A stretch of 63,542 nt of DNA, filler included, from Choristocarpus tenellus KU-1152 (Eukaryota > Protista > Phaeophyceae), in the NCBI GenBank assembly GCA_964200185.2. It is 11 parts of 11 records of this genome, joined end to end, with 100 filler letters (N's around TTAATTAATTAA, not from the genome) between each part and the next. Parts side by side here need not be neighbours in the genome. Positions count along the whole stretch, not along the records: positions 25,287 to 28,470 come from CAXNAD020021708.1; positions 28,571 to 33,069 come from CAXNAD020014276.1; positions 33,170 to 38,178 come from CAXNAD020012181.1; positions 38,279 to 40,836 come from CAXNAD020026786.1; 7 more parts are not named here. One strand, given 5' to 3'. Position 1 is the stretch's first letter. Every line of letters starts with the position of its first letter. Made by a program: the position numbers and the translations under genes. The notes under the pieces are model-generated. The model made no database searches. It saw only the letters and a list, made by a program, of their open reading frames with translations, and was not told the origin of the DNA. This document shows positions 25,287 through 38,989 of the stretch, piece by piece.

Positions 25287-28200
25287 GGCAGAGTTTGGTC
25301 ATTCATCAATGCACGTGATTTGTAGGTAAGCTTGTCCGAAGGTGGTGCAAAAACAGCAACCTTATTGTGGCAAACGTTCAACACACGACAGATCCAATAC
25401 TTGTCTCATTGCCTTTCCCTGAGGATTGACGGCCTCAGCAAAACATCACTGCCTCTCAATTGGGACGAGGGTCTGCCCCAAGGCTTCCGGCAGGCAGGAA
25501 AGGCCTATCACGCGTTCTTGAACAAGAGACGTGGATACTTGCAACATCATGCGCGTACATGTGACAGCCCAAGGATGTGGCATTGAAGTGTTTGCCATGC
25601 GATAAGGTTTCGTCAAGTACTGCAGCACATTTGTTTTTTTATGTGGGGAAGGACATTACAATGTACCAACACTCACACACAAAGTCTTGGAGTCTCGCGA
25701 TTTCCGTTTGTGGTGTGGGTCACCGCGTGCATCGTGTTAGCAACGTGTAAATATGGACAAGGAAACGTCACTACCACAACCACATGCCCGGCACCTATCC
25801 ATAGAAAACCAAGACAGACAACAAGTTGGAAGGCAATGGAAAAAAAGCCAGCGCACCCTTGTTACCTTCCACTTGCCATCCTTGTAGGCTCGACCAGAGG
25901 AGGTCTCCATCTTCTCTTTCACCTCGTCCTTTGACGCCGCATTGGACACGAACACCTCCACCCTCCAGCTCCGTTCAAGGGTCGCCTCCACCACGTTGTG
26001 CCTCTCTGTGCTGAAGGAGACGATGGTGCCCCCAGGATTCGTGTACCTATCATCGGAGGACAGTTCTTAAATTATCCCGAGGAGTACATTGTATTGTGCG
26101 CGGATTCATCATATCGCAATGTAAGAGAAACGTACTGATACAGGGCAACACACTCTTGGTGCGGTTTGACGCTTAATATACTGATTCAGGGAAACACACT
26201 CATTGTACGGTTTGACGCCCCTGAACTGTCACCCAGCTTGTTGCGTTACTGTTTAACGATGATCTACATCTCTACAAAAAAAGTCGCTGCTCCCATAAAG
26301 GGCATGTGTGGCGTAATTATCGAACATGTTAACGAACATGTTAACGAGGAAGTGGAGGGCCCTCATGGGGATGTCCGTTGCAGCACCTTGGTACTTGACG
26401 TCACACATGGTTTGGAGTACCAGAGGAGATGGATCACTCCCGTGGCCAAAGATGTTGTCGACTGTGACTCACTTGTTGCACGTGAACTCTGTCCCATCGT
26501 TGTGCGCGAGAAGAATCATGTCCTGGTGGCATCTGAGATGGTTATCAGTGTCTGCGAGAGGGCGTCCCCCCCCCCTCTTGTACATTATAAGCAGGGGATG
26601 ATCCTCCGCAACCAAGCCCACCTGAAACGCCATAAGAGCCCCTGAATGAAGAGAAGGCGGGAGCGAGTGTGTGGGTCCGGCATGCGTCACTTGACGGTGA
26701 CATCACACAAGTAGAAATCATTGGGATTCATGAAATCACATACCACTAACATTATATAGTACAACGAGTGTGGAACACAAGGCAAATAACAAATGCAAAA
26801 ATACAAACAATAGGAAATTCTGTAATAGAAGGAAAGACGGAAAAAATAATATAGTGAAGACAAGTAACACCAGCATGCGATTCGCGGACACTGAAACAAA
26901 GAACTACGAAGGACCTGGGGCAAAGATCAAGAGACACAAAAGGAAATAGAAGCTACGGAGAAGATGAAATAACATGGGGAAAGCGAAAAAGAAGACACAC
27001 AACAGAATCCACATCTCCTGAACGGCCACACAATATTCGATGGGCACATGGACGGACTGATAGCGGCCATGGCGGATTGCAATAGTCTCCCGCAATACGC
27101 CCCATATTTCAGCGCTGGTGAACTCTACAACTCACCGTGTAGGCGGTGTGCTTGTGTGGCCCACGGGTGGGGCACAAATAGCGCGATGGTGCCCTGAGGA
27201 TGTATCTTCACCCGCAAGCACTTAACCACCTGGCGCAAGTGTGTGTTGGTTGCCTCTTCGTCGTTGACGAGTCTTGGCTCGGCGGCAGTGGACACTATGG
27301 TGAGCTTTGGCGTGTTGCGGAAGGCAAACTCTTTCAGGCCGTCTAAGGGTATTGTCAGGTCGAGAGGTGAAGGTCGTGTAGTGCAGTGTTCTCAGTCCTG
27401 GTTGGACATCATGACACACAACACATTACACAGACAGCATGACAAGAAGGACAGCGTTGTAAGCAATGGTGCAGGCAATCGTATCATTAAGTGAGGTCCT
27501 GACAATATTTCCCCGGCATCGCCAAAATGTCAAGCCGTACCCTCCACAACGCCAGACCCATGAGATACATCTCGTGGAAGGAGGGTAGACGTCAAAACAT
27601 TACGTTCCATGGCTCATGCAAACCTCCAAAAAAACGTCACGTCGAACACACAAAGGACGAGCAATCCACATGATGTACAAACAGTCAAGACCCACGTGCA
27701 AACCAACGCGAAACTGAAAACGCAGAGACGACTTGTATGTCAGTATAATGTGCAACCACGCCGAGACCCACATACACTTCTCCATGTCCGCCGTTTCGCT
27801 CCATGAGGGGGGACGTAAAAGGCTTTGCCTGTTGGATGACCTGCCCACGCTCCTTGCGTGACCATTGCCCTTGCCCCTGCCCCGACACGCCGCTTCGTTC
27901 CCCACCGATCCAGACCCTTCACTGCCCTCCTGTGCCATGGGGCAATTGATACATAATCGATCCTTGTGCCTCTCATCGCCCACAATCTCCACGTAGGCAC
28001 ATTCGCCCATGTGCGTGATGGAGCACTTTGGGCATGAATGCCTGTCGCGCGTGGCATCGGACAAGAGCGTCAAACAGACAGGATAGTACTTTTCCAAATC
28101 ATTATTTGGGCGCAACAATGCAACGCGGGGATCCACGGCTACGAAGGACCACGAAATTGGCTGCGCAAAACAGTACGAAGTAGTACAGGTGAGATACAAC

Positions 28201-28470
28201 AGTCGGTGATGTACATGCATTAACACACAATCGGGCTGTGGCAAATAAAGAGACGTGGGGGTAGCGACTGCAGCGCCACACACAGAGGGACCCAGCAAGA
28301 TCCAACGGTTCAATGGCGTGCTCCGCTGAAGCAAGACAACCTCGTTAGCCGTTCAAAGGATTGGATGAAAACCAATCTTACGCCATTAATTACCCGCCAT
28401 CCCCGTGTGCACCATTACAACTACATTACTCACCGAGACGTAGGTGGAGGATTGCATTCGGTACAGCAAA
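25287..28470 (-). pseudogene. Degenerate multi-exon gene with a PHD-like zinc finger, possibly transposon-derived
   Basis: GC-richer exon-like blocks alternate with pyrimidine-rich intron-like blocks on the minus strand. PVC-x12-CPKC-x3-H-x3-C-x14-CINC at about 27940-28085. In-frame stops in downstream blocks. Confidence 0.4.
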
Positions 28471-28966
28471 NNNNNNNNNNNNNNNNNNNNNNNNNNNNNN
28501 NNNNNNNNNNNNNNTTAATTAATTAANNNNNNNNNNNNNNNNNNNNNNNNNNNNNNNNNNNNNNNNNNNNTTGGGTCAAGCCCATCTTCAATGAAAAGCT
28601 CCATCCTCAATTTTTGAAATCGGCTGTTAAGTACTACTCCGGAGTACTTACTAATATTAATGCTGTCTTGTCTTTGTTCAATCTAATCTTGTTTCTCTAA
28701 AAAGAACTTCACAACGGAAAGGCATTTTCCAGACTTGAAAGAACACAGTATCATGCCACGGAGCAGAAGGTGGTCTCCTCAACCAGCCTGGTCGATTGCC
28801 TCCTTGTAGGTTAATGGTAGGCAAGATGAAACAGTAAAAAGAGAAAGGCAAGAGTTTGCCGACAGGTTTCTGTGTAAGGGCGAAGTTTGAGTGCCGAAGG
28901 AACACTCCTTGGTCTGAAGAGAGAAATTGTTCAACAGAATCAAAAGAGTTCTGTGAAGTACACTTT

Positions 28967-29214
28967 GAGTGTAAATATCTTAGAGGGTACGAATTTTGTC
29001 CTTCTTGTCCATGTGGGGCTTGGCTTCCCATGGGTTTTTATTGACATTTTTTATCTACTCCAAAATGTTTCGGAGTAGGTAAAATGTATACATCATGAAA
29101 AGGAGTGTCCAGACAAGGCTATTGAAATCTCCTAACAAATATATAGTCAAAATTACATCATCGGATTTTGGTCCCCAAATGGACGCGACTGTACCCTCTA
29201 AGATACTTTGGCTC
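28967..29214. mobile_element. MITE subfamily C, full-length
   Basis: 24-bp imperfect TIR GAGTGTAAATATCTTAGAGGGTAC / GTACCCTCTAAGATACTTTGGCTC, TTT/TTT duplication. Confidence 0.85.
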
Positions 29215-29896
29215 TTTAGTACATTATTTGGGGAAGTTTCAAACAAGTGTGGATAGAGAAACTCCTGGCTGTTCGACATGATGGACAATACGTAGGATGA
29301 AAATATCCAAAAAATTGCAAACACGCATTTTTTTTAACAATTACTCAAGGGTAAGTATGATTCCCAATGAGGTAACGTGGAGACTACACATTTTAATTTC
29401 TTCCAGTAGGGAGAAGCATTGAAGAAGAGTCCACAATTCTAGGACACCCCATCCTCTTTCAAAAGAAATCATGATCTTCTCTCATTACTAAATCTAAGTC
29501 TTCGTCGTTTCCCCTCTTCTTTGAGAATCGGTTGACTATGATACTACTCTCTGTACTCAACTGTAGAGGTACTCATCGTGCTACAAAAAACTAACAGTAT
29601 TGCTGTTATATAAATAAAACGTACTCCAATGCACTAGTGCTTACCTATGTTCCAGGACCAGGATTTTGTTCAGCAGGGGATGGACTTTGTTTAGGTCATT
29701 AGGGCGGGAAGAACGACTGAGGACCGACAAGATCATAAGACCACATCAAACACCACACCTATGTGGAGCTGTAGTTCATGTGTACATGTGCTACAAGAGA
29801 ATGCAAGCCCAATTTAAACTAGTATCTACTCTCCCCCCCTACCAATCTTCTTGCTCAAGAAGTGAAGAAACTACTACAAGTATTCTTCACACTCCA

Positions 29897-30062
29897 GCCT
29901 CAAAGTATCTGTGGGGGGGGGGGGAGTGGAGACTGTCCATTTGGGGTCAATTTCTTCATGTCGCGATTTCTGGGTGATTTGGTTGCATATGTTGGATGGA
30001 CAATGATGTCCCAAATGGACACCCTGGTGTAGACCCCCCTCCCCCCCCAGATACTTTGGGTC
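29897..30062. mobile_element. MITE subfamily A, both ends present
   Basis: GCCTCAAAGTATCT...AGATACTTTGGGTC, CCA/CCA duplication. Confidence 0.85.
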
Positions 30063-30528
30063 CCAGAGACTTACCAGTCCACTGTGCTGAGCAGCACCTA
30101 CAACTCAGCCTATCCTTCCTCATGGCAAAAATATTAGAGGGGTACACAAGAGAAGTAGTATGTCCTGTAGATTAACTCCTTAAATATACTGATTCAATTG
30201 CAGTAGGACATATAAAGGTTAAATGTCGATTCATATATCATTCAGGACCATTCTTGCTGTTTAGTCTCCGTATACACATATACTTCGAAGTATACTGGGG
30301 GAAAATGCACAAAAGGACCACCACAAGGGACCCAGAGCAACTACTAATACTATAGCTTCTTACAAATTAATGAAAAAGTCCAAACATTTGATACAGCGTC
30401 CACTCCATTTTCATTTGGATGAAAGATACAAGGTCCAGTTGATGCAGGCATATCCTGTGTCATCTTATCATCCAAGATAGGAGGGCATCATAAGGAGCAT
30501 TAACTCTTTTTTAAAGAACCTATTTACT

Positions 30529-32492
30529 CTAGAAACGCTCATCAAGTTCCACTTTCAGCCTTTCAGCTGCTGCAGTGATGTTGGCATACCACACGCTCCA
30601 ACCATCCATGTCCTCCGCCAGGTCCGGTTCATGCATGACAAGCACAGTCTGGCCCTCTTCAACCTGATCACAAACATGTTTCAAGGAATGACAACGAGGG
30701 GGGTGGAAAACTCACTTTTCATATGACCTGCATGCTTCCCTTACTTAGGCTGTCGGTCGGCTGTGCACACTCATACAGAACATGGAATCGCTGTGCACTC
30801 AGGTACTACACATTAGGCAAATCGGGGCAAGCATAAAATGACTCCTGTTGATGTTTGTCTTGGGATTGCTGCCCTACCATACCCACCAGGGGCTCTCGCA
30901 GACCACAAAATACTGCTACATGCACAGGAAGACAGCAAAAAAAGCATTGTACAACACATCACAACACACTGATTCTCAACTGATTGCCCTACATGTCCTT
31001 GTAGCTCAGCGGTATCATATAGTCTACAAGCTCCAATTCAAAGAAATGCACAGGTTCAAACCCAGTGGTAAACAGATTTTCTGTTCAAGGAAATTAGGAC
31101 AAGGTTATGAGAACAATGGAACGACAAACCTGTACCCTCCTGTCTACCCTAAATAAACCAAAAGGGAAAAAGTGGAAATCTTGAATTGTAGCGGCGAGGC
31201 TTCAAGCTAGAGTATCACTATGCACTCCCAACCACACCACATACCATTACAACGCCACTGGACACAAGGAGTGAGACGGACAGGCATCTGGGCACTTCAA
31301 AACAACCAACACACAGCAAGTCGAAAGGGCGATACTGAGGGAGGCAAACGCCTATCCTCTCTTGGAAATATCCACCAGGAAATGTCTTCGCAAGGTACTC
31401 ACTGCCACGAGTAGGTGTTGATATTTCGATATGACATACCTTACAATATACAAGAGAGCACACCGTCCTTGAGAGCCACCTCTATGAAAGGTGGTCACGG
31501 ACTCGTGCCTCTCCCTCATCAACCCTACCTTACTCCTCCCCCCCGCTCACCAACACTCCAAACAACCCCCCCCCCCCCCCCCCCCCCACCTTTTTTTTCT
31601 CCCCTCTCCCCCCTCCCCCCCTCCCTCATCNNNNNNNNNNCAACCGTACCTTCCTCCCCCCCCCCGCTCACCAACACTCCAAACAACCCCCTGCACCCCA
31701 ACCCCCAGATTTTTTTTTCCCCCGTACTATTCTTGCCTGCATCTTGAAGCCAGAGGACAGGAGTATTTGAATACCCCCCTCAAAGCACCCAACCGTCCGC
31801 TGAAACGATTCATTGTCTAGTCGGATGCGACGAAAGCGAGGGTCCTCGGGGTTGAATGCAACATTATGGAGTATCTTGGAGGTTATGAGTGCCAGTGCAA
31901 GGGAGCAACACACACACACACACGAGCACAAGAGCACAAGCACAACCCAAGGGCGAGGAGGAGGTGGGGGGAAGTGGAGGGGGTTAGGAAAATCAGGAGG
32001 AGAAGAAGCAACAAGGCGGTGGAGAGGAGCGCAAGGGAAAAGGACAGTCGACTGGATGTACTACTACATAGAATGGCAATACGATGCTCTGCTAGTACCA
32101 AGGGGGCACATGATTGGGAAGGAGGAGATTGAACCCGGTGGAATTTTCGGTGCACACTGGTGCAGTTGGAGTTATTAACAAATGGGTCGGATAAGAACGG
32201 AAGGCTGTTACTCTTCAGGTTGGGATGCTGGTGGGGGGTAACAAGTAGACTAGAAAAGGAAAGAAGATCCTCTCCCCCTCCTTCGTAGCGGTCTCCAACA
32301 CACACATACACACATACACACAGAAACGCGTATGAAACGCTTCACCTGCATCAAGGCCTGAACAGCAGCTTTCTTCTGGGCCATATTTTCAGCAAGGTTT
32401 CCACCACTACCACAAGCTTCATCGATTTGTCTCAGTCCATCCTCCACCCCCGCTGCACCAACCGGCACAGAGCGGGTCAGCTCTTCCGCTTC
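30529..32492 (-). CDS. PUB (PUG) domain-containing protein, last three exons (5' part missing)
   Basis: Exons about 32492-32346, 31874-31737 and 30663-30529 give AAVQALMQ-ILHNVAFNPEDPRFRRIRLDNESFQRTVGCFEGGIQILLSSGFKMQ-VEEGQTVLVMHEP...*, the PUB signature NxxxNPxxxKxRxIxxxNxxF...GGxxxLxxxGF. Confidence 0.88.
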
Positions 32493-32979
32493 CTGATCAC
32501 GCCTTTTAGGGGCAATCAACACACAGTACCACAGGACGGTGCAGTTGGGTTTGGGAAGGGTAGTGTGGGGCGGGGGTTAAATAGACACAATTCCTTGGAG
32601 AAGATTGTCGGGAGAGTTATTCAAATGTACCATGAAAGGATATTGACAAAACAATTGCTTGCTGAACAATGTCTAACAACCCGATTTACGAAAAAGAACA
32701 AGTCTCAAAACAACAAGAATAACAAAAACCGCTCTACTCTTCAACTATTCAGAAAGCTACACTTTAGCATTGAAACAGGTCAGCTCTTGAAAAAATGACA
32801 AACCCTGCATATATTAAACCTGGAGCTTTCTCTGGGAAAGACGGAGGGAGGGTAATACTCTGAGCCGGTGTCATCCATGACACACAAAGGGAGTAATAGT
32901 CTCTTTATCCTAAGGAAAAGCATGTAACAAGAGCAATCATCCATTTCTTATCTAGGGAACACAGCACAAGCCATGTCAA

Positions 32980-32993
32980 GGTTCAAAGTATCT

Positions 32994-33032
<39 letters not shown>

Positions 33033-33069
33033 GTTTGGGGCAAACAACTTTTTTTTTGTTGGTATTTGG
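32980..33069. mobile_element. MITE subfamily B, partial, at contig end
   Basis: GGTTCAAAGTATCT + long G-run + CCGTTTGGGGCAAACAAC. Confidence 0.75.
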
Positions 33070-33319
33070 NNNNNNNNNNNNNNNNNNNNNNNNNNNNNNN
33101 NNNNNNNNNNNNNTTAATTAATTAANNNNNNNNNNNNNNNNNNNNNNNNNNNNNNNNNNNNNNNNNNNNTATCCCAGTCAATTTTGGGTCAAGCCCATCC
33201 TCAATGAAAAGCTCCATCCTCAATTTTTGAAATCAGCTGTTACATGTGTTCAGGAAAAACAAAAACAAAAACAAAACTGTATTAGAAGGACTACTACTGT
33301 AAATACGAGTAATATATTA

Positions 33320-33625
33320 TTATGCCCTCTGGCATTTTGCAGATGTGTCTGAGAAGAAGTCAATTCAAGATCATAAGAACCCCTGTAAGATTAACATTTG
33401 TCGTAATTGTAAAAGATATCTCTCCGAAATCTAATTACTATTTGACTACCAGTTATACTACATTCCCATAAAAGGTCGTAATTACACTGTGATCTGTATA
33501 CTGCTGGTATCCCTTCAACCTAGCTTAACTCTATACTACTGGGCGAGGTGCTAGGGAAGTATCCCAAGAAGATGACAGGCCCCTCCTTGTCCATCTCCCT
33601 GGTGTCTCCAGCTTAAAACGCATAA
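33320..33625. repeat. Repeat starting TATGCCCTCTG.CATTTTGCAGATGTGTC; homologous copy at 42438-42745
   Basis: Shared terminus and shared CAACCTAGCTT..CTCTATAC...TGGGCGAGG.GCTAGGGAAG block. The terminus alone also occurs at 18713, 33712 and, reversed, at about 7762-7790 and 43380-43410. Confidence 0.72.
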
Positions 33626-35559
33626 TGTGAGAGTCGTTGTCAATACTACAGGGATAATCGCTACCGTATCGTACCGTGGTAATTCAAAATTACAGCATCA
33701 TTACCATATATTATGCCCTCAGACAATTTGCAGATGTGTCAAGGAAAAAGTCAAAACCAAAGCACCGTTACTATCGAAATATTCAATGGTAGTCCCTACA
33801 GTACCGTGCCGTGCTAATTTCAGGACGACTGTGCTGTCGCCGTTCAAACATTTAACGGTAATACCGTAGTGGTAAGGAAATTCCTTGAAACCGTTAAAAT
33901 TGTAATATAAACCGTCCAGTAAAGTACGTAAACAGGACTTACCCTATAAATGCCGTACCCACCTACTGTTCAAATATGTTACCGTACCACATGAACGGAT
34001 GTATATTACTACATAATATTAATGTATGTGTGCAACATTTTACTATTACTCTTACACGATAATTTTTCACATTAATTTATGGTGGTCTGTCTAAGGTTTG
34101 GATGGTTGTAGATGATCACACCAAATCACACTCCAGCATCACACCATCGCACCATAACACCACAACAACATTTCAACTATGCAAAACAGTTAGACCATTA
34201 GCAAGGAGATATAGACACATAGATGTAGGTTGCATCTTTCATTTGGATAGTCCGCCAGCATTGTAATGAGAGGGCGGGCCTCCCACAGTGTGTAGGATGG
34301 TCACATGTCCTGTAAACCTGAACCACTATGGAAGACTATGGAACCACTTAACCATTGTAACGTCCATACCTTTCCATCGAATCGTCCAAATATTGTGGGA
34401 AACGGTAGAAATTCCAAAGTTAACCGGATTATTCCAAAATTCCCATTACCGTACCATACACAATATTTCATGGTACACCTTCCCGTACCGTACCGTGCTT
34501 TCTTCAAAATAGTATTACCGTATATATTTTTCACGGTAGACACTACTCTGTCGGACCGCATTTTCCCACAGCATTCCACCACGCATACAATGGTCCCGTC
34601 TGCCAACCGGACCAGTCCCACAATTATCCTACATGTCCCGGTCCATGTCCACTAGATATTGAACAGGTCCATGTCCGCTTACCAGACCAGGTCTAACATT
34701 CTCTAACAAGTCCAGACCATGCCCATTGGCCAATCTATTTTGTTCTGGCGTGTTCAAACCATGCCCACCATATGATGTACTAGTCCAGCCGTTGAATTGG
34801 TTTGACCAAACGAATTCTGGTCACTCCATGCGAAAAATCAATAGTATGTATAAAATATCTAAGGCATTGCACTCAACATTGTTCTTTAATTCTATTGGCG
34901 ATTTTGTAGAACAATGAAGTTTTATGTGCATCTATATAGTGCTCATTGTAATCACTTCTGAACTTTCTTTGTTCAACGTTATGTTGAACATATCCACATG
35001 TATATGCATTGAGAGTGTCAGGAGGGACGTTTGGGTGAGTTAAAATTCACTGCTAACATATACATGTTACACATTTATTTGACGATAAATTATAATATTT
35101 CATTTTTTCAATAGTCCAATACTCCAAAGTAGTAAAACAAGAAATGTAAATAAAGGAAATATATTCACCTTTCAACTTCCTTTTTCCATAAACTTTCATT
35201 TTAAAACTGAAAAAAAGGTTATTTCCCAATACAACAAAACAACAAGAGATATGCAATTTCACACAATCTGTTGTTTGTTGTTTGGTAAGATGTAAGATCA
35301 AACCAGTACCTCAAGAATAGTAAGCTCACACAATCACCAAAACGAGATTCCTGACGTATTGGAAAAGTTTATGAAGTAATTTGAGTAATGTGAGCATGAG
35401 AATTGGTGATGTAGGGGTAGCGAGAAAAAGAGTTATAATGATGGGGGAAAGGGCTAAACACTGAAGGTCTCTACGAACAGACCAGGTAAACAAGAAGTTC
35501 ATGGGATGGAGTGGATGGAGTAAATTAAAGGTCAGAGGCAGAGGTAGGGGTAGAAGGAC

Positions 35560-36900
35560 AAAAGGGGGGTAGGATCCAGTTGAAGTTTGAGCAATTTTGA
35601 CTTATATGGCAGAGTCGGGTAAAAGGAGACGACAACTCATCCTTCCCTGTGGATAGGACTGATGGGCCGGTCAGAAGGGGAAAGGGGGCAGGAATAAAGA
35701 ACAACTAATAAAAGAGAAAATAGTAGAGGTATGGAGGCGGAAAAGGGGTCGAGGAGCGAACTTCAGAAGAGGGAAAGAGACGATGACTGACTGAGTCTGG
35801 TGAGAGATTGAGCAGGCATTGCGCGAAAACAAGAGTCAAGGAAGGGTTAGGGAACGGAAGAAAAAGGAGATGAGGAAGAGAGTGAGGGGGGGAGAGGTTG
35901 ATATATAATTAATCCGAGAGAACCAACACATTATGTTTAATCAGACGCCAGAGATGTCTAGAGGGATGGCATGGTTGATGGCATCATTAGTGGACTCAGA
36001 TTGGAATCAGTCTGTCCCCTCCGATGACGTGTGTCAAACCATTGGGGGAGGAACCCATCATCAAGGGAGGGGAGAGGGGCGATAGAGTTGATGACTCTTG
36101 TCGGGAGGATGAACGAGAAGGTCATGGTACAGATGTCGAGAAGAGTAAATACGATAAGGTACTTTGTGCTACTTGGAAGGATCCCCCTATCCATACAAGG
36201 TACTGAGACATCGACGAAGGGGAAGATTCCACGAATTCTGAAGAAGACTACGGATGTGACAGAGCAGGTGTTGGATAACTGACACAACTGACACAACTGA
36301 CACAACCGACAGCATTTGACATCAAGGAGTTTATTCCCAAAAGGGAAACTGGGAGAACCACGAAAAAGGCAGACTATCAAACTGACTGATAACCTTGAGT
36401 GCTTTGTGGCCGGGTGGGAGAGATATGTCAATATGGCGAAATAAAGGTGGGCGAAAGGAGAACAACTGGGATGCTATAGGATATCAAGGAGTTAAGAGAA
36501 AGGTACGCACGTTTTATGGCTCCGACAAGCCAGTGTTGATTGAGTACCCAGCATTCTAGACCTACTTCTTCGTACGGTATGTGACAACTTGGAGATTTGG
36601 ACCGACGAACCGGTGAATAGAGCAGATGAACTGGCCCTCAAGTTGGACTCGCCCCTCACTCCAGACATCGTGTTCCCCCCACCTCTCGTGTCATCGGTTT
36701 ACAACATTGGACATCACTGTAGGTCAGGTGAGGAATACGTTACCCTCCCTGTATGCTCAAGAATCCCAGTCACGGCTGTTCAAGAGGACAAATACCTGGG
36801 AAGTAGACCTGACATTAAAGTCTCCACCCACAGACGGGAGACAGGGGGAAGGGGTGGAACCAGGGGAGCCAAGGGCATACCAGTTGTGCCATTCCTTTAC
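35560..36900 (-). mobile_element. Decayed LINE ORF2 N-terminus (APE-type endonuclease)
   Basis: VGGDFNV at about 36810-36830, then SIHRFVGPNL (RID-like) and GLSDHK (needs one 1-nt correction at about 36521), in the expected order. Many stops. Confidence 0.5.
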
Positions 36901-37754
36901 GTCAGCCCAAGAGTACACTTTCCTTGGACTGAATGGGTTCTGCCAGTTCAACCACCTTGAGGAGGGAGAGGGAGAGAGAAAATCAACGAAGGATGGGGAC
37001 AGGCTGAAGGATGGGTGAGGGGACCAAGAGAACACTCGCCAGAAGGACACCTGAGGACACGGGTCCATCTCAGACCAGAGTGACCCAGTAGCACAAGAAC
37101 CCTGAGTCAGGGTATCTTAGAGGGTAGAGTTGCATGTTACAGGCAAATAGCGCAAGCATTTCTTTTCGTGTTCTAGCAAGTGCGAGCAGTATACGAGTTT
37201 CGTAACACATCAGTGGCCTTACAGAATAAGTGCTGATTTCTTAGAAGTTGCAAGAAAGATTTGTAATTTGAGTACGTATACAACGGTTCGCAAATGTCTT
37301 TCAATTTGTATTCTGTAGAACTCTGGTGGATGATGCAAATAAAGATTACTTTATCTGCCACAAAAGTACACCTTGACCCACTCTTTTTATTTCGATTAAA
37401 CCTCAAGTCAAGCATTGAGCTAAGCACTGATTGAAGCATCGAGAGAAGAGTAGCTGACACCCATTTGTGGCCATCAACTGTGGACCCCTCCGTAGCGTCG
37501 TTGTAAGATCGTTGGATTTGAGTTGCACATCCTGTAGAGGTGAGTTCTGGAGCATGCTGTAACATGTATCCGTTTGGGGGCCAAGATCCAATGTTGCAAT
37601 TTTGATGCTGTGTTGGCTGTGATATTTGTAGGAAGTGTCAATATCCTAGTTCCGGACACACCTTCCATAACGTTTACATTTTACTTACACTCCAAAACAT
37701 TTCGGAGTAGAAAAATATCATTAAAAAAAAACATAGGAAGCCTGTGCAAAGTAG

Positions 37755-38050
37755 GACAATAGTGAGTTGTACCTTATTTTGTGTATGAGAGATGTAACTA
37801 ATGAGATGGTACATCTGGATTATGAACGGGAATATGTATGGGTTTTTATTCTGCATTTAACTACTTTGATATAGCCATGGACTTATGTATGTGAAGCACA
37901 AATAAATAATAAACAAGCAATGAGAAGACACCACAAACAAAGGTCACTCTTCTAAATTTCAACCATCCATTCTTTTTTACGTTCAGCAAAGGGGGTCGTG
38001 TGAGGCTTCACACTCTCTTATCTTCACTACTGAGAAATAGCATTACCTCC
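37755..38050 (+). repeat. About 300-bp dispersed repeat, closely similar to 42130-42420
   Basis: TGTACCTTATTTTGT.TATGAGAGATGTAACTAATGAGAT...CGTTCAGCAAAGGGGGTCGTGTGAGGCT is present in both. Confidence 0.88.
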
Positions 38051-38278
38051 TAAGGTAATTTGCACAGGTTATGAGCCTAAGTAGTATGGAGACTGACCTG
38101 AAGAAACTTGCTGTCTGGACAGGGGCGACAGGAAGGTCAATGGAAACCTGGTCAACTTGGAGATTGTCACTGATCGCCNNNNNNNNNNNNNNNNNNNNNN
38201 NNNNNNNNNNNNNNNNNNNNNNTTAATTAATTAANNNNNNNNNNNNNNNNNNNNNNNNNNNNNNNNNNNNNNNNNNNN

Positions 38279-38329
38279 AAATGGACACCTTGGTGAAGAC
38301 CCCCCCCCCCCTCCAAGATACTTTGGGTC
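38279..38329. mobile_element. MITE subfamily A, partial, at contig start
   Basis: AAATGGACACC...poly-C AGATACTTTGGGTC. Confidence 0.78.
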
Positions 38330-38808
38330 TCGAGTAATCCTGAAGTGAGATCAAAGATTCTTAGGGGTTACGAGAGGAAAATATTTGGATGGTGGGTATC
38401 AAGTGGTTCATCAAAATGATTCAAAACACACTAGGTGGGAAACATTGGGACAGATGAAGTAAGAGAAGACGCCTTTAACTACGGAGAAGGGTAGTCTGTT
38501 GTGCTTTCTACCCTCTTCTGGTGCAATTATTCATGTAAACAGTAGTTGAGCATTGATTGGCAGGAGTGGTGGACCGAGTGAAGCACGAACGAAAGCATGA
38601 AGCGGGCCTAGCATGGGGCAAAATTCGTCTTTCCGACTCGTCCCTCAGCCAGGTGACCAACTCTGCCTTCCGTTATACTCAAATTGAGGGGAGTTTGAAT
38701 TGAAGGCCAGTGCTTACACTCTGTGGATCTTGTGTACAGAGTGCTAGAATAAGACATTAAATTTTTCGCGGATATTGTAGACCTCCGGGGACAAAACGAC
38801 AATAATGA

Positions 38809-38989
38809 GGCTCAAAGTATCTGAGGGGGGTCACGGCTGTCCGTTCGGGGTCCATTTTTCATGTCGCGATTTTTTGGTGATATGGTTGAATGCGTCGGAT
38901 GGATGATGTAAGTACACTTATCCTAATCAGGACCCGAATGGACACCCTAGTGACCCACCCCCCCCCACCCCCCCGAGATACTTTGAGCC
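38809..38989. mobile_element. MITE subfamily A, full-length
   Basis: Perfect TIR GGCTCAAAGTATCT / AGATACTTTGAGCC. Flanks TGA/TGG. Confidence 0.86.

Noticed and set aside
31520-31700. Direct duplication around a 10-N gap (also 13380-13496, 46430-46597, 62450-62710)
   Set aside because: Typical scaffolding overlap artefact at homopolymer tracts.
37170-37700. 130-aa ORF, possibly Helitron-like
   Set aside because: No Rep or helicase motif is recognisable.
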